From Sulfurospirillum sp. (GTDB lineage Bacteria; Campylobacterota; Campylobacteria; Campylobacterales; Sulfurospirillaceae), in contig JASFYR010000033.1 of assembly GCA_045047115.1 (NCBI GenBank), positions 1-64,000 of the forward strand: a stretch of 64,000 nt of DNA. The letters are read 5' to 3'. Within the stretch, counting starts at the first letter, position 1, and each line of letters starts with the position of its first letter. Shown here piece after piece: positions 29,636 through 49,180 of this stretch. Below the pieces are notes generated by a model. The model saw only the letters and a program-made list of their open reading frames with translations. It had not been told where the DNA came from and did no database searches. The translations under genes were made by a program, and so were the position numbers.

Positions 29636-30007
29636 ATGGCAATAACTAAAGAAGATGTTTTAGAGTACATTTCAGGTCTTACAGTTCTTGAACTAAGTGA
29701 TCTAGTTAAAGAATTTGAAGAAAAATTTGGTGTTTCAGCTGCTCCAGTGATGGTTGCAGGTGCTGCAGGTGCAGGCGCAGCAGCAGAAGAAGAGAAGACA
29801 GAGTTTGATGTAATTCTTAAAAGTGCAGGCGCTAAGAAAATCAACGCTATTAAAGTTGTTCGTGCTATTACTGGTCTTGGTCTCAAAGAGGCTAAAGAAG
29901 CAGTTGAAAGTGCTCCTACTACACTTAAAGAGGGCGTATCAAAAGACGAAGCAGAAGAGATTAAAAAGCAGATTGAAGAAGCTGGCGCAGAAGCTGAAAT
30001 CAAGTAA
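29636..30007 (+). CDS. rplL: 50S ribosomal protein L7/L12
   Basis: [17 protein letters not shown] and TGLGLKEAK. Confidence 0.99.
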   Translation: MAITKEDVLEYISGLTVLELSDLVKEFEEKFGVSAAPVMVAGAAGAGAAAEEEKTEFDVILKSAGAKKINAIKVVRAITGLGLKEAKEAVESAPTTLKEGVSKDEAEEIKKQIEEAGAEAEIK

Positions 30008-30087
30008 GCCAACCTTTGGGGAGTTTATCTCCCCAAGACTTATGACGGGAAACCAATTAGTCGTTAAGATTTCTACAGACTATGTAG

Positions 30088-38911
<8,824 letters not shown>

Positions 38912-38915
38912 AAGC

Positions 38916-38942
38916 AAAGGGGTAAGAATTTATGCCCCTTTT
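38916..38942 (+). terminator. Probable terminator after rpoC
   Basis: AAAGGGGT...GCCCCTTTT. Confidence 0.55.
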
Positions 38943-39047
38943 AACCATCTTTTAAGCTGTTTTTAAATAAAATAGCAGGCTTCATTGCAATGTGCTGTTC
39001 AATTTAGTTCAAGATATTGCAAGATGAAAAATATATAAGGAAAAAAT

Positions 39048-39419
39048 GTGCCAACAATCAACCAATTGGTAAGAAAAGAGAGAAAAAAGGTGATTAAAAA
39101 ATCAAAATCACCTGCATTGGTCAGTTGTCCTCAAAGAAGAGGGGTTTGTACAAGAGTCTATACAACGACTCCAAAAAAACCAAACTCAGCTTTGAGAAAA
39201 GTTGCCAAAGTTAGATTAACTAGTGGCTTTGAAGTTATTAGCTATATAGGTGGTGAGGGTCATAATCTTCAAGAGCACTCTATAGTTCTAGTAAGAGGCG
39301 GAAGAGTAAAAGATTTACCTGGTGTTAAATATCACATCGTTCGTGGTGCACTAGATACTGCCGGTGTTGCAAACAGAACTGTAGCAAGAAGTAAATACGG
39401 TACTAAAAAACCAAAATAG
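39048..39419 (+). CDS. rpsL: 30S ribosomal protein S12
   Basis: [15 protein letters not shown] and RVKDLPGV. Confidence 0.99.
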   Translation: MPTINQLVRKERKKVIKKSKSPALVSCPQRRGVCTRVYTTTPKKPNSALRKVAKVRLTSGFEVISYIGGEGHNLQEHSIVLVRGGRVKDLPGVKYHIVRGALDTAGVANRTVARSKYGTKKPK

Positions 39420-39420
39420 C

Positions 39421-39564
39421 AGAGTGTGAATTGATTGAGAGCTTTGCTCTGAGTCAATATGACAGTTAAATAAAAAAGGCATACAGAGCGTTAGCTCGTG
39501 CTTCAGTAGAGTGTGAATTTATTTGGAGCTTTGCTCTAAGTAAAGATGACAGTTAAATAAAAAA
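39421..39564 (+). repeat. Two 57-bp direct repeats (39421-39477, 39508-39564) with GAGCTTTGCTC-tipped hairpins in the rpsL-rpsG spacer
   Basis: 51 of 57 positions identical; most differences preserve or improve stem pairing. Confidence 0.9.
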
Positions 39565-39630
39565 ATTTATTAAATTTATCAAACAGGTGCTACTCCTTTG
39601 GAATGTAGGTAGCATTTGAGTAAAATTTAA

Positions 39631-40119
<489 letters not shown>

Positions 40120-40131
40120 AAAGGATCTATT

Positions 40132-42210
40132 ATGGCAAGAAAACACCCAATTAATATGGTTAGAAATATAGGAATTGCTGCGCACATTGATGCTGGAAAA
40201 ACTACTACAACTGAAAGAATCCTTTTTTATACCGGAATTTCACACAAAATCGGTGAAGTTCACGATGGTGCGGCTACTATGGACTGGATGGAGCAAGAGA
40301 AAGAGAGAGGTATCACCATAACAAGTGCTGCAACTACATGTGAGTGGAATAATCATCAAATAAATATCATAGATACACCGGGTCACGTTGACTTTACTAT
40401 TGAAGTTGAAAGAAGCATGAGAGTTCTTGATGGTGCTGTTGCTGTTTTTTGTGCGGTTGGTGGGGTTCAACCTCAAAGTGAGACAGTATGGAGACAGGCA
40501 AACAGATATAGAGTTCCAAGAATGGTATTTGTAAACAAGATGGACAGAGTCGGAGCTGATTTTTATGAGGTTGAAAGACAGATAAAAGAGAGACTCAAAT
40601 CAAACCCTGTTCCTATTCAGATACCAATCGGTGCAGAAGATGACTTTAAAGGGGTGATTGATCTGGTTCGGATGAAAGCACTTGTCTGGGAAGATGAGGC
40701 AGCTATGGGATCACATTATGAACTTGTTGATATACCTGCTGAGTTAGTTGAAAAAGCCCAAAGCTATAGAGAGCATATGATTGAGTCAATCTCTGAGACG
40801 AGTGATGAACTTCTTGAAAAATATTTAGGTGGCGAGGAACTTAGTGAAGATGAAATAAAAGCTGGGTTAAAAGCTGGATGTCTTGAGATGACTTTGGTTC
40901 CTATGCTTTGCGGAACTGCCTTTAAAAATAAAGGTGTTCAGCCACTACTTGACGCAGTTGTTGATTATATGCCGGCTCCTACTGAAGTAGAAGCCATCAA
41001 AGGTGAATACGAAGACGGAAGTGAAACAGTAGTGGAATCAACAGATGATGGTGAATTTGCTGCACTTGCATTTAAAATTATGACTGACCCCTTTGTTGGA
41101 CAGTTGACATTTGTAAGAGTATATAGAGGAACACTCGAGAGTGGAAGCTATACTTACAATACGACAAAAGATAAAAAAGAGAGAGTTGGAAGACTTCTTA
41201 AGATGCACTCAAATAAAAGAGAAGAGATTAAGCAATTACATGCTGGTGAGATCGGTGCTGTTGTCGGTTTAAAAGATACTCTAACAGGAGATACGCTAGC
41301 TGGCGAAAAAGATAAAGTAATCTTGGAAAAAATGGATTTCCCTGATCCTGTTATCTCTGTTGCAGTTGAGCCAAAAACGAAAGCAGATCAAGAAAAAATG
41401 GGTATAGCTCTGCAAAAACTTGCTCAAGAAGATCCAAGTTTTAGAGTTGAAACTGATGAAGAGAGTGGCCAGACTATTATCTCTGGTATGGGTGAACTTC
41501 ACCTTGAGATTTTGGTTGACAGAATGCTTAGAGAGTTTAAAGTTGATGCTGAAGTTGGACAACCACAAGTTGCTTACCGTGAGACAATCAAAAAAGAGGT
41601 CGAGCAAGAGCATAAGTATGCAAAGCAATCAGGTGGTCGTGGTCAGTATGGTCATGTTTACATAAGACTTACTCCGCTAAAACCGGGTGAGGGTTATGAA
41701 TTTGTAAATGATATCAAAGGCGGTTCAATTCCTAGAGAATTCATTCCGGCAGTTGACAAAGGTCTCAAAGAGGCTATGCAAGGTGGTGTTCTCGCAGGTT
41801 ATCCCGTTGAAGATGTTAAAGTTACACTTTATGATGGAAGTTATCATGATGTTGACTCATCTGAGATGGCATTTAAACTCGCTGCTTCTATGGCATTTAA
41901 AGAGGGTGCAAGAAAAGCGGATGCTATCATACTTGAGCCTATGATGAAAGTTGAAGTTGAAACACCCGAAGACTTTATGGGCGATGTTATTGGAGACTTA
42001 AACAGAAGAAGGGGTCAAATCAACTCTATGGAAGACAGAAGTGGACACAAGATAGTAAACGCTTTTTGCCCACTTTCAGAGATGTTTGGATACTCAACTG
42101 ATTTAAGGAGTCAAACTCAAGGAAGAGCTTCATACTCTATGGAATTTGATCACTATGAAGAGGTTCCAAAAAATGTAGCTGAAGAGATTATCAAAAAGAG
42201 AAACGCTTAA
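40132..42210 (+). CDS. fusA: Elongation factor G
   Basis: [17 protein letters not shown] and YHDVDSSE. Confidence 0.99.
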   Translation: MARKHPINMVRNIGIAAHIDAGKTTTTERILFYTGISHKIGEVHDGAATMDWMEQEKERGITITSAATTCEWNNHQINIIDTPGHVDFTIEVERSMRVLDGAVAVFCAVGGVQPQSETVWRQANRYRVPRMVFVNKMDRVGADFYEVERQIKERLKSNPVPIQIPIGAEDDFKGVIDLVRMKALVWEDEAAMGSHYELVDIPAELVEKAQSYREHMIESISETSDELLEKYLGGEELSEDEIKAGLKAGCLEMTLVPMLCGTAFKNKGVQPLLDAVVDYMPAPTEVEAIKGEYEDGSETVVESTDDGEFAALAFKIMTDPFVGQLTFVRVYRGTLESGSYTYNTTKDKKERVGRLLKMHSNKREEIKQLHAGEIGAVVGLKDTLTGDTLAGEKDKVILEKMDFPDPVISVAVEPKTKADQEKMGIALQKLAQEDPSFRVETDEESGQTIISGMGELHLEILVDRMLREFKVDAEVGQPQVAYRETIKKEVEQEHKYAKQSGGRGQYGHVYIRLTPLKPGEGYEFVNDIKGGSIPREFIPAVDKGLKEAMQGGVLAGYPVEDVKVTLYDGSYHDVDSSEMAFKLAASMAFKEGARKADAIILEPMMKVEVETPEDFMGDVIGDLNRRRGQINSMEDRSGHKIVNAFCPLSEMFGYSTDLRSQTQGRASYSMEFDHYEEVPKNVAEEIIKKRNA

Positions 42211-42221
42211 TAATCAGTGTT

Positions 42222-42262
42222 AAAGCTGGATTACCCCAAGTGGGGTTAATCCAGCTTTTTTT
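42222..42262 (+). terminator. Rho-independent terminator after fusA
   Basis: AAAGCTGGATTACCCCA-AG-TGGGGTTAATCCAGC followed by T7. Confidence 0.85.
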
Positions 42263-42271
42263 ATCTCTGCC

Positions 42272-42348
42272 GTCCCGGTAGCTCAGCAGGATAGAGCACT
42301 TGATTCCTAATCAAGAGGCCACAGGTTCGAATCCTGTCCGGGACACCA
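42272..42348 (+). tRNA. tRNA-Arg (CCT)
   Basis: GTCCCGG/CCGGGAC acceptor, anticodon loop TTCCTAA, CCA end. Confidence 0.95.
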
Positions 42349-42399
42349 CCCACAGCAGAACATCAATTTGAAGATATCATTGATGGTGCGATTTGAAAG

Positions 42400-43881
42400 C
42401 TAATAATCTCTAACAACTTTATAGGTAGGATTATCTATCTCGTGAGTGCAGTATTTTCCCGCATTTTGCAAAGCATCTATGCAGTCATCACTAAGATGTC
42501 TCAGCCTAAGACTCTTTCCTAGCAGAGTATATTTTTTGGTTAGTTTGTCTATTGCTTCTACGCCACTTGAATCCATAACTCTGGTCTTGCTAAAGTCGAT
42601 AATAACATTTTTAGGGTCATTTTCTATGTCAAATATATCATTGTTAAACTGTACGGCTGAGCCAAAAAACAGAGGTCCTTCAAGTTCATATATCTTCGTT
42701 CCGTCATCCTCCGTATGTATCTGTTTTGTAAGTCTGGCTTGTTGATATGCAAAGACAAGTGCAGATATGATTACACCTGCTATAACAGCAACAGCAAGAT
42801 CAAAAAATATAGTTATAACGGTAACTGTTACGAGTATAAAGGCATCTGCAATGTGAATTTTTCTTAGTCTATTTATGCTGGCCCACTCAAAAGTCTCTGC
42901 TGAGACCATAAACATAATACCAACTAAAACAGCTATGGGGATGATGCCTATGATATTTGAGAGAGAAACTACAAAAGTGATGAGCAAAACTGCTGCAGTA
43001 GCACTTGAGAGCCTTGTCAGCCCACCTGAGGTAAAGTTGATGATTGATTGACCTATCATCGCACATCCTGCCATACCTCCAAAGAAGCCACAAGTCGTGT
43101 TTCCTATACCCTGAGCGATACACTCCTTATTTCCACTTCCTCTTTTGCCACTCATCTCGTCCAAAACTGAGAGAGTTAGCAGGGATTCTATTAGACCCAC
43201 AAGTGCCAGGATAATTGAGTATGGCAGTATAATTTTTAAAGTTTCAAGATTTAAAGGTGCATTAGGAATTGAAAAAGATGGTAAGTTTCCGCTGATATCA
43301 CCCAGGTCTGAGACAGTTTTTGTATCAAATCCACCAAAATATACTACAAGAGTTAAAAGTACGATTGAGACCAAACCTGCCGGTACAGCCTTTGTAAATT
43401 TTGGCAATAAATACATGATCAGCATGGTTGTAATCACCAAAATATACATAAGATAATCACTGTTTTTAAAAAATTGAAATTGACTCATGGCTATCACTAT
43501 AGCCAAACCGTTAACAAAACCGTAGATTGCAGGTTGAGGAACAAATCTTATAAATTTACCAAGTTTTGCAAGACCAATTCCAATCTGTATGAGACCCGTT
43601 AGTATAGTAGCCCAAAGAACATACTGCAGTCCGTGAGAAGATGCAAGCGAAACCATAACTACCACCATAGAGCCTGTGGCACCACTGATCATACCTGGTT
43701 TTCCTCCTATCAATGCAGTGACCAGGCCCAATATAAAAGCTGTATAAAGCCCAACTATTGGGCTAAAACCTGCAACAAGAGCAAAAGCTATCGCTTCAGG
43801 CACAAGAGCAACTGCGACAACTATACCTGAGAGTATGTCGTTTTTTGTATTTGTAGTATCATAATTTTTCAGGGTAAACAT
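42400..43881 (-). CDS. SulP/SLC26 family anion transporter with STAS domain
   Basis: VALVPEAIAF, PGMISGATG, GCAMIGQS, GPLFFGS and DSSG. Confidence 0.93.
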   Translation of the reverse strand: MFTLKNYDTTNTKNDILSGIVVAVALVPEAIAFALVAGFSPIVGLYTAFILGLVTALIGGKPGMISGATGSMVVVMVSLASSHGLQYVLWATILTGLIQIGIGLAKLGKFIRFVPQPAIYGFVNGLAIVIAMSQFQFFKNSDYLMYILVITTMLIMYLLPKFTKAVPAGLVSIVLLTLVVYFGGFDTKTVSDLGDISGNLPSFSIPNAPLNLETLKIILPYSIILALVGLIESLLTLSVLDEMSGKRGSGNKECIAQGIGNTTCGFFGGMAGCAMIGQSIINFTSGGLTRLSSATAAVLLITFVVSLSNIIGIIPIAVLVGIMFMVSAETFEWASINRLRKIHIADAFILVTVTVITIFFDLAVAVIAGVIISALVFAYQQARLTKQIHTEDDGTKIYELEGPLFFGSAVQFNNDIFDIENDPKNVIIDFSKTRVMDSSGVEAIDKLTKKYTLLGKSLRLRHLSDDCIDALQNAGKYCTHEIDNPTYKVVRDY

Positions 43882-43983
43882 ATAAGTCCTAGGTGGTGTG
43901 AAGATATTTTTTAGTAGAATTTTAAAGAAAGAATTATATCTTTATTAGATAAGATACAGATTAAGATAAGATATTTGAGGTGA

Positions 43984-44280
43984 TTGATGCTGGTTGATAA
44001 CTTGTATAGATTGGAATTTAAAGATGAAAATAAAGCAGTAGTGCGGCTTAGTGATGAAAACCATCCTGTATTTAGGGCGCATTTTCCTGCAAAACCGATA
44101 ATGCCGGGCTTTATGCATTTTGAGATCGTTAGTGAGGTTTTTGGGTTTAAAATTAACTCTGTAAAGCGAGCAAAATTTCTAAAGTTGGTTAAACCAAATG
44201 AGACGCTGATATACAAACGAGATGGAAACAGGTTTCAGGTATTTAGCAACAATGACAGTGTGGCAATTTTTACTTTATGA
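43984..44280 (+). CDS. FabZ/ApeI-like 3-hydroxyacyl-ACP dehydratase (hotdog fold)
   Basis: HPVFRAHFPAKPIMPG and AKFLKLVKP motifs. Confidence 0.8.
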   Translation: MMLVDNLYRLEFKDENKAVVRLSDENHPVFRAHFPAKPIMPGFMHFEIVSEVFGFKINSVKRAKFLKLVKPNETLIYKRDGNRFQVFSNNDSVAIFTL

Positions 44281-44963
44281 ATATCTGCGTAGTAATTCCG
44301 GTATATAATTCACCATATATATCAGAGGTTATAGAAGATATACAAAAGTATGGACATACTCTCATAGTGGTTGATGATGGTTCAGATAAAAAAGTAGAAG
44401 TTAAAAATCCTGATATGGTGTTGCTAACTCATCCGAAAAATCTTGGCAAGGGAGAGGCGATACTAAGTGGTGCAAAGAAGGCTAAAGAGTTGGGATTTGA
44501 GAGTTTTGTTACTATGGATGCAGATAAGCAACATATCGCTTCACAGATACAAAGGCTAACCAAAGCCTATAAGCCAAATACAATAGTCATAGGCAGTCGT
44601 AATTTTAAGAGCGGAAATGTTCCCAAAAGCTCGATTTTTGGAAGAAAATTCAGTAATTTTTGGGTAAATTTGGAGACTTTTAAAAATCTAAAAGATACAC
44701 AAAGTGGCTTTAGAATTTATCCCGTTTCCATACTCTCGCTAAAGACAAAAAAGCGAAGATTTGATTTCGAAATAGAAGTTTTGGTACTTCACTGTTTTGG
44801 TGGAGGCTTGGTTAAAGAGGTGGTTATTGAGTGCTATTATCCACCAAATGAGCAGAGGATAAGCCACTTTGATAAGTTAAAAGACAATATAAGACTAAGT
44901 AAAATCCATACAAAATTGATAATACAGCGTTTCTTCTTGTTAAGGGGCTTTTTATGGAATTAA
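44277..44963 (+). CDS. Glycosyltransferase family 2 (aryl-polyene/flexirubin cluster type)
   Basis: VVIPVYN, VVDDGS, NLGKG, MDADKQH, DTQSGFRIYP, RFDFEIE and RISHF. Confidence 0.9.
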   Translation: MNICVVIPVYNSPYISEVIEDIQKYGHTLIVVDDGSDKKVEVKNPDMVLLTHPKNLGKGEAILSGAKKAKELGFESFVTMDADKQHIASQIQRLTKAYKPNTIVIGSRNFKSGNVPKSSIFGRKFSNFWVNLETFKNLKDTQSGFRIYPVSILSLKTKKRRFDFEIEVLVLHCFGGGLVKEVVIECYYPPNEQRISHFDKLKDNIRLSKIHTKLIIQRFFLLRGFLWN

Positions 44964-45033
44964 TACAAGATTAATTGGAGTTAGTGTAGAATATTGTCTT
45001 ATTCAAAAAGTCTATTTTAAAGTAAAAATATAT

Positions 45034-45945
45034 ATGAAAAAAGTCTTGGTTTTATACTATTCACAATCAGGTCAATTAAGAGATGTCATAGATAATTTTG
45101 TCTCTAAGTTAGGAGATGAAACTGTAAAAGTGGACATAAGAGAGATTAAGCCGGCTGTGGCTTATCCGTATCCCTGGGATTTCTATGAGTTTTTTGATGA
45201 GTTTCCTGATGCTGCCCATATGAGAGGATGTGAGGTAGAAGAGATTGAAAATCTAGATGATGATTATGACTTGATCATACTTGGATATACTATTTGGTTT
45301 TTAGCCCCATCTACTCCTGTCGCCGGTTTTATGAAGAGCAAACAGGCAAAAAATCTTTTTAAAGATAAGCAGGTTGTTACGCTGATTGCCTGTAGAGACA
45401 TGTGGGTGATGGCACAAGAGAAGATGAAAAGGCTTTTAAGTGATGTAGGTGCAAAATTGATAGACAATGTTGCATTGAGTGATCAAGGCAAGGGAATATA
45501 CTCTTTCGTTACAACTCCTAGATGGTTGTTGACTGGCAAAAAAGATGCTTTTTGGATTTTTCCTCCGGCAGGAATTTTGCAAAGTGATATAAAATCTGCT
45601 TCAAAATTTGGAGAGAGAATAAATTTTGCATTAAAGAATGATTTAGAAAAAAAGAGAAAGCCTCTTCTTAAAAATTTAGGTGCTGTTAATGTAAATGGCA
45701 AGTTGATAGCATCTGAGATTGTAGCAACCAGAAGTTTTTATATCTGGGGTAAGATTATAAATTTTTGTGGCGAAAAAAAATCTTTTTCAAGAAAAGCATC
45801 TATCACAGTATATGCTCTCTTTTTGGCATTGATGGTTTTTACTTTAGTACCTATAAATCTTTTGGTGCGAAAAGTGATAAACTACTTTCAAAAAGAGAAA
45901 TTGATAGAGTTAGAAAAAAAATACGAGGAACCAAGTGGTAGATAA
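45034..45945 (+). CDS. darA: Dialkylresorcinol condensing/aromatase enzyme DarA
   Basis: KVLVLYYSQSGQL, YPYPW, IWFLAPS, IACRDMW and TTPRWLLTGKK; directly upstream of darB. Confidence 0.88.
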   Translation: MKKVLVLYYSQSGQLRDVIDNFVSKLGDETVKVDIREIKPAVAYPYPWDFYEFFDEFPDAAHMRGCEVEEIENLDDDYDLIILGYTIWFLAPSTPVAGFMKSKQAKNLFKDKQVVTLIACRDMWVMAQEKMKRLLSDVGAKLIDNVALSDQGKGIYSFVTTPRWLLTGKKDAFWIFPPAGILQSDIKSASKFGERINFALKNDLEKKRKPLLKNLGAVNVNGKLIASEIVATRSFYIWGKIINFCGEKKSFSRKASITVYALFLALMVFTLVPINLLVRKVINYFQKEKLIELEKKYEEPSGR

Positions 45946-45946
45946 G

Positions 45947-47092
45947 ATGAGTGAAGTATATATAAACAATATAGCGGTATTTTTTCCAAATGAGCCTGTT
46001 GAAAATAAAGATATAGAAAATGTACTGGGTATGATAGATGGCAAACCGTCTTTGGTCAAAAGGATAGTTCTTAGGTCAAACAAAATAAAAACAAGATATT
46101 ATGCAATTGATCCCAAAACAAACGAGACTACACATTCAAATGCAAAGATGGCGGCAAATGCTATCAAAAATCTACAAAAAGATGGTTTTGATAACAGTAA
46201 AGCTGAGCTTTTGGTTTGTGGTACTACTGTGCCTGATCAGTTATTGCCAAGTCATGCTCTGATGGTTTTAGGGGAGAGCGGCTTGAGATCTATGGAAGCT
46301 GTTAGTATAGCAGGGATCTGTTTGAGTGGCTTGAGTGCTTTAAAATATGCATACAGCTCTATAAAGGCAGGGCTGATACAGAACGCTATCACTACAGGAA
46401 GTGAAAATATATCTGCATCTATGAGAGGTAGAAATTTCGAGCCTGAAGTACAAAGCAGAGTAGATATGGTCAAAAAAAACAAAGAACTTACTTTTGAAAA
46501 AGATTTCTTAAGGTGGATGCTTAGTGATGGAGCAGGGGCTATTGGGATCAGTAACCAACCAAACAAGGGTGATATTTCACTTAAAATTGAGAGAATTTTT
46601 ACAAAATCTTATGCAAATGAGCAAGAAGCCTGCATGTATAGTGGTTGTGAAAAGCTCAAAGACGGAACTTTGCAAGGGTATAGAGAGTATTTGCCAAGCC
46701 AATGGCTGAAGAAGTCTATATTTGCAGTCAAGCAGGATGTAAAACTTTTAAATGAAAATATTGTTGAATATACCGTGATAAAACCTCTAAAAGAGATGCT
46801 TGAAAAAAAGATGTTTGATCCAAAAGAGATAGATTGGTTTTTGCCTCATTACTCATCTGATTATTTTAAAGATAGGCTTTATGAGGGAATGAAAAAGGCA
46901 AATTGTGATATACCACAGGAGAAGTGGTTTACAAATCTTTCTACCAAGGGCAATACAGGTTCTGCATCGATTTATATTATTTTAGAGGAATTTTTTAACT
47001 CCGAGCAAATTAAAAAAGGTCAAAAGCTACTATGCTATATACCCGAAAGTGGGCGCTTCTCTACTGCTTATATGTTGCTTGAGGCAGTATAA
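45947..47092 (+). CDS. darB: StlD/DarB family beta-ketoacyl synthase III
   Basis: Cys-His-Asn triad (AGIC, FLPHYSS, KGNTGSAS); FEKDFLRWMLSDGAGA, KQDVKLL and PESGRFS. Confidence 0.92.
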   Translation: MSEVYINNIAVFFPNEPVENKDIENVLGMIDGKPSLVKRIVLRSNKIKTRYYAIDPKTNETTHSNAKMAANAIKNLQKDGFDNSKAELLVCGTTVPDQLLPSHALMVLGESGLRSMEAVSIAGICLSGLSALKYAYSSIKAGLIQNAITTGSENISASMRGRNFEPEVQSRVDMVKKNKELTFEKDFLRWMLSDGAGAIGISNQPNKGDISLKIERIFTKSYANEQEACMYSGCEKLKDGTLQGYREYLPSQWLKKSIFAVKQDVKLLNENIVEYTVIKPLKEMLEKKMFDPKEIDWFLPHYSSDYFKDRLYEGMKKANCDIPQEKWFTNLSTKGNTGSASIYIILEEFFNSEQIKKGQKLLCYIPESGRFSTAYMLLEAV

Positions 47093-47509
47093 GTGGATAT
47101 AAACAGTGTGCCTCAGGATAACAGCTCAACTTACGGAGATATGAAAAAAGCAATCTATGCCAGTAGTGAAGAGGGGAAAATCAAAAGTGTAGGATCAAGT
47201 GGATGGGATGTTGAGGAGGTTGTGACAAAACAAGCCATAGATGAACTTGAAGAGAGCAAAATTGAAGCATTAAAAGAGGCAAGAGAGGGAAAAAAATCAC
47301 CACTTTATTACCACATGTATGAGGTGAGAATGGATCTGAATATTTTGGCTCAATCTACAGGATTTTTTAAGTGGACAATAAAGAGGGACTTTAAACCTGA
47401 AGTGTTTGAAAAAATCACTCAAAAAAGACTTGCTGTTTACTGTGATGTTATGGGCAAGAGTATAGAAGAGTTAAATACTCTGCCAAAGGAGAGAGATGAG
47501 CGAGTTTAA
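47093..47509 (+). CDS. Conserved hypothetical protein of dar/flexirubin clusters
   Basis: VPQD, SGWDVE and SPLYYHM motifs; sits between darB and the BtrH-like gene. Confidence 0.75.
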   Translation: MDINSVPQDNSSTYGDMKKAIYASSEEGKIKSVGSSGWDVEEVVTKQAIDELEESKIEALKEAREGKKSPLYYHMYEVRMDLNILAQSTGFFKWTIKRDFKPEVFEKITQKRLAVYCDVMGKSIEELNTLPKERDERV

Positions 47510-48488
47510 ACATACACATCATGCACATTGTGAAAGCGGCGTTATGTCTTCACTGCTGAGAGTGCATGGATTGGATATCAGTGAGCCTATGATATTTGGA
47601 CTCTCAAATGCTCTTAATTTTGCCTATATACCGTTTGTCAAGATTGGAGGGATGCCTCTGGTTTCATATAGAAGTATTCCAAAAGCTATCATTAAAAATA
47701 TACAAAAAAATCTAAAAATCAAGATGAAACTAGAGACTTTTTCATCAAAAAAAAGAGGAGAAGAGAGGCTGGATGAGCTCTTGAAAAAAGGAGAAGTGGT
47801 AGGCGCTCAAAGTTCTGTTTACTGGTTGGAGTATTTTCCTCCTGAAATCAGATTTCATTTCAATGCTCACAACTTGCTTATATATGGTAAAGAGGGAGAT
47901 AAATACCTCATAAGCGACCCGGTTTTTGATAAAAGTGTCAAATGCTCAAGTAAATCTCTTGGCAAAGCCAGATTTGCAAAGGGTTTGATGGCTCCAAAAG
48001 GTTTGCTCTACTATCCGCAATCTGTACCTAAAGAGATAGATTTGAAACCAATTATCAAAAAAAATATCAAAAAAATATCAAAATACATGCTTAAAACTCC
48101 TGTTCCGATTGCAGGTTTAAGGGGTATACGCTATCTTGCCAAATCTATACTAAAACTAAAAATAAAACCAAAAAAATATGCAAAACTCTTCTTGGGAAAT
48201 ATAGTAAGGATGCAAGAAGAGATAGGTACTGGCGGAGCTGGTTTTAGATTTATGTATGCATCATTTTTAGAAGAGGCAAGTGAGCTTTTTGGAAATAATA
48301 AAACTCTAAAAGAGGCTTCAATCCTTATGCTTAAAGTGGGTGATGAGTGGAGAGATTTTGCTTTGGTGATTGCAAAAGCTATAAAATCCAAACAAGAGAT
48401 TGATTTTGAGCAAATCTCAAAGATGCTTATTTCTATCAGTAAGAGTGAAGCAAAAGTCTATAAGAAGCTTTTGGAATTTAATGGATGA
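47496..48488 (+). CDS. BtrH N-terminal / DUF4872 C39-like peptidase-fold protein
   Basis: HAHCESG (Cys), FHFNAHN (His), SDPV and QEEIGTGGAGFRFMYA. Confidence 0.85.
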   Translation: MSEFKHTHHAHCESGVMSSLLRVHGLDISEPMIFGLSNALNFAYIPFVKIGGMPLVSYRSIPKAIIKNIQKNLKIKMKLETFSSKKRGEERLDELLKKGEVVGAQSSVYWLEYFPPEIRFHFNAHNLLIYGKEGDKYLISDPVFDKSVKCSSKSLGKARFAKGLMAPKGLLYYPQSVPKEIDLKPIIKKNIKKISKYMLKTPVPIAGLRGIRYLAKSILKLKIKPKKYAKLFLGNIVRMQEEIGTGGAGFRFMYASFLEEASELFGNNKTLKEASILMLKVGDEWRDFALVIAKAIKSKQEIDFEQISKMLISISKSEAKVYKKLLEFNG

Positions 48489-49180
48489 TAAAAGTCCAAA
48501 ATATTATAAAAAGATATGGTGATTTTTTAGCACTCGACAATCTTTCATTTGAAGTTAAAAAGGGCTCTATTTTTGGACTTTTGGGAGTAAATGGTGCAGG
48601 GAAAAGTACGATTTTATCCATCCTGAACGGACTCATAGAGATAGATAGCGGGAGTATAGAAGTTGCAGGATTTGATATAAAAAAAGATATAAAAAAGATA
48701 AAAGAGATAAGCTCTATCATACCCCAAAATCTAGCTTTTTATGAAAAACTGAGTGTTAAAGAAAACTTGGATTTTTTTGCTGATATTCAAGATGCCAAGA
48801 GGGAGAATTACGATAAAGCCATAGAGATAAATGGGCTTGGTGGCGTTTTGCACCAAAGAGCATCAACTCTTTCAGGGGGACAAAAAAGAAGATTAAATAT
48901 AGCAATAGGCTTGTTAAATAATCCCCAAATTATCTATTTTGATGAGCCAACAGTAGGAATCGACCCAAAAAGTAGAAATGAGATACTCGCTTCTATAAAA
49001 AATTACAAAAACTTTAATATTACAGTTGTCTATACGAGTCACTATATGAATGAAGTAGCGATGATATGTGATGAAGTTGCTATTATATCACATGGCTCTT
49101 TGGTGGCCCAGGAGGCACTCTTAAACTCATCAAATCTTGAAAAACATTTTTTGGAACTGACTAAGGAAAATGATGTTTAG
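48485..49180 (+). CDS. ABC-2 type exporter ATP-binding protein
   Basis: GVNGAGKST, LSGGQKRR, DEPTVGIDP and YTSHYM. Confidence 0.92.
   Translation: MIKVQNIIKRYGDFLALDNLSFEVKKGSIFGLLGVNGAGKSTILSILNGLIEIDSGSIEVAGFDIKKDIKKIKEISSIIPQNLAFYEKLSVKENLDFFADIQDAKRENYDKAIEINGLGGVLHQRASTLSGGQKRRLNIAIGLLNNPQIIYFDEPTVGIDPKSRNEILASIKNYKNFNITVVYTSHYMNEVAMICDEVAIISHGSLVAQEALLNSSNLEKHFLELTKENDV

Noticed and set aside
39421..39564. Hammerhead ribozyme
   Set aside because: The CUGAUGA...GAAA core is not present in the required order.
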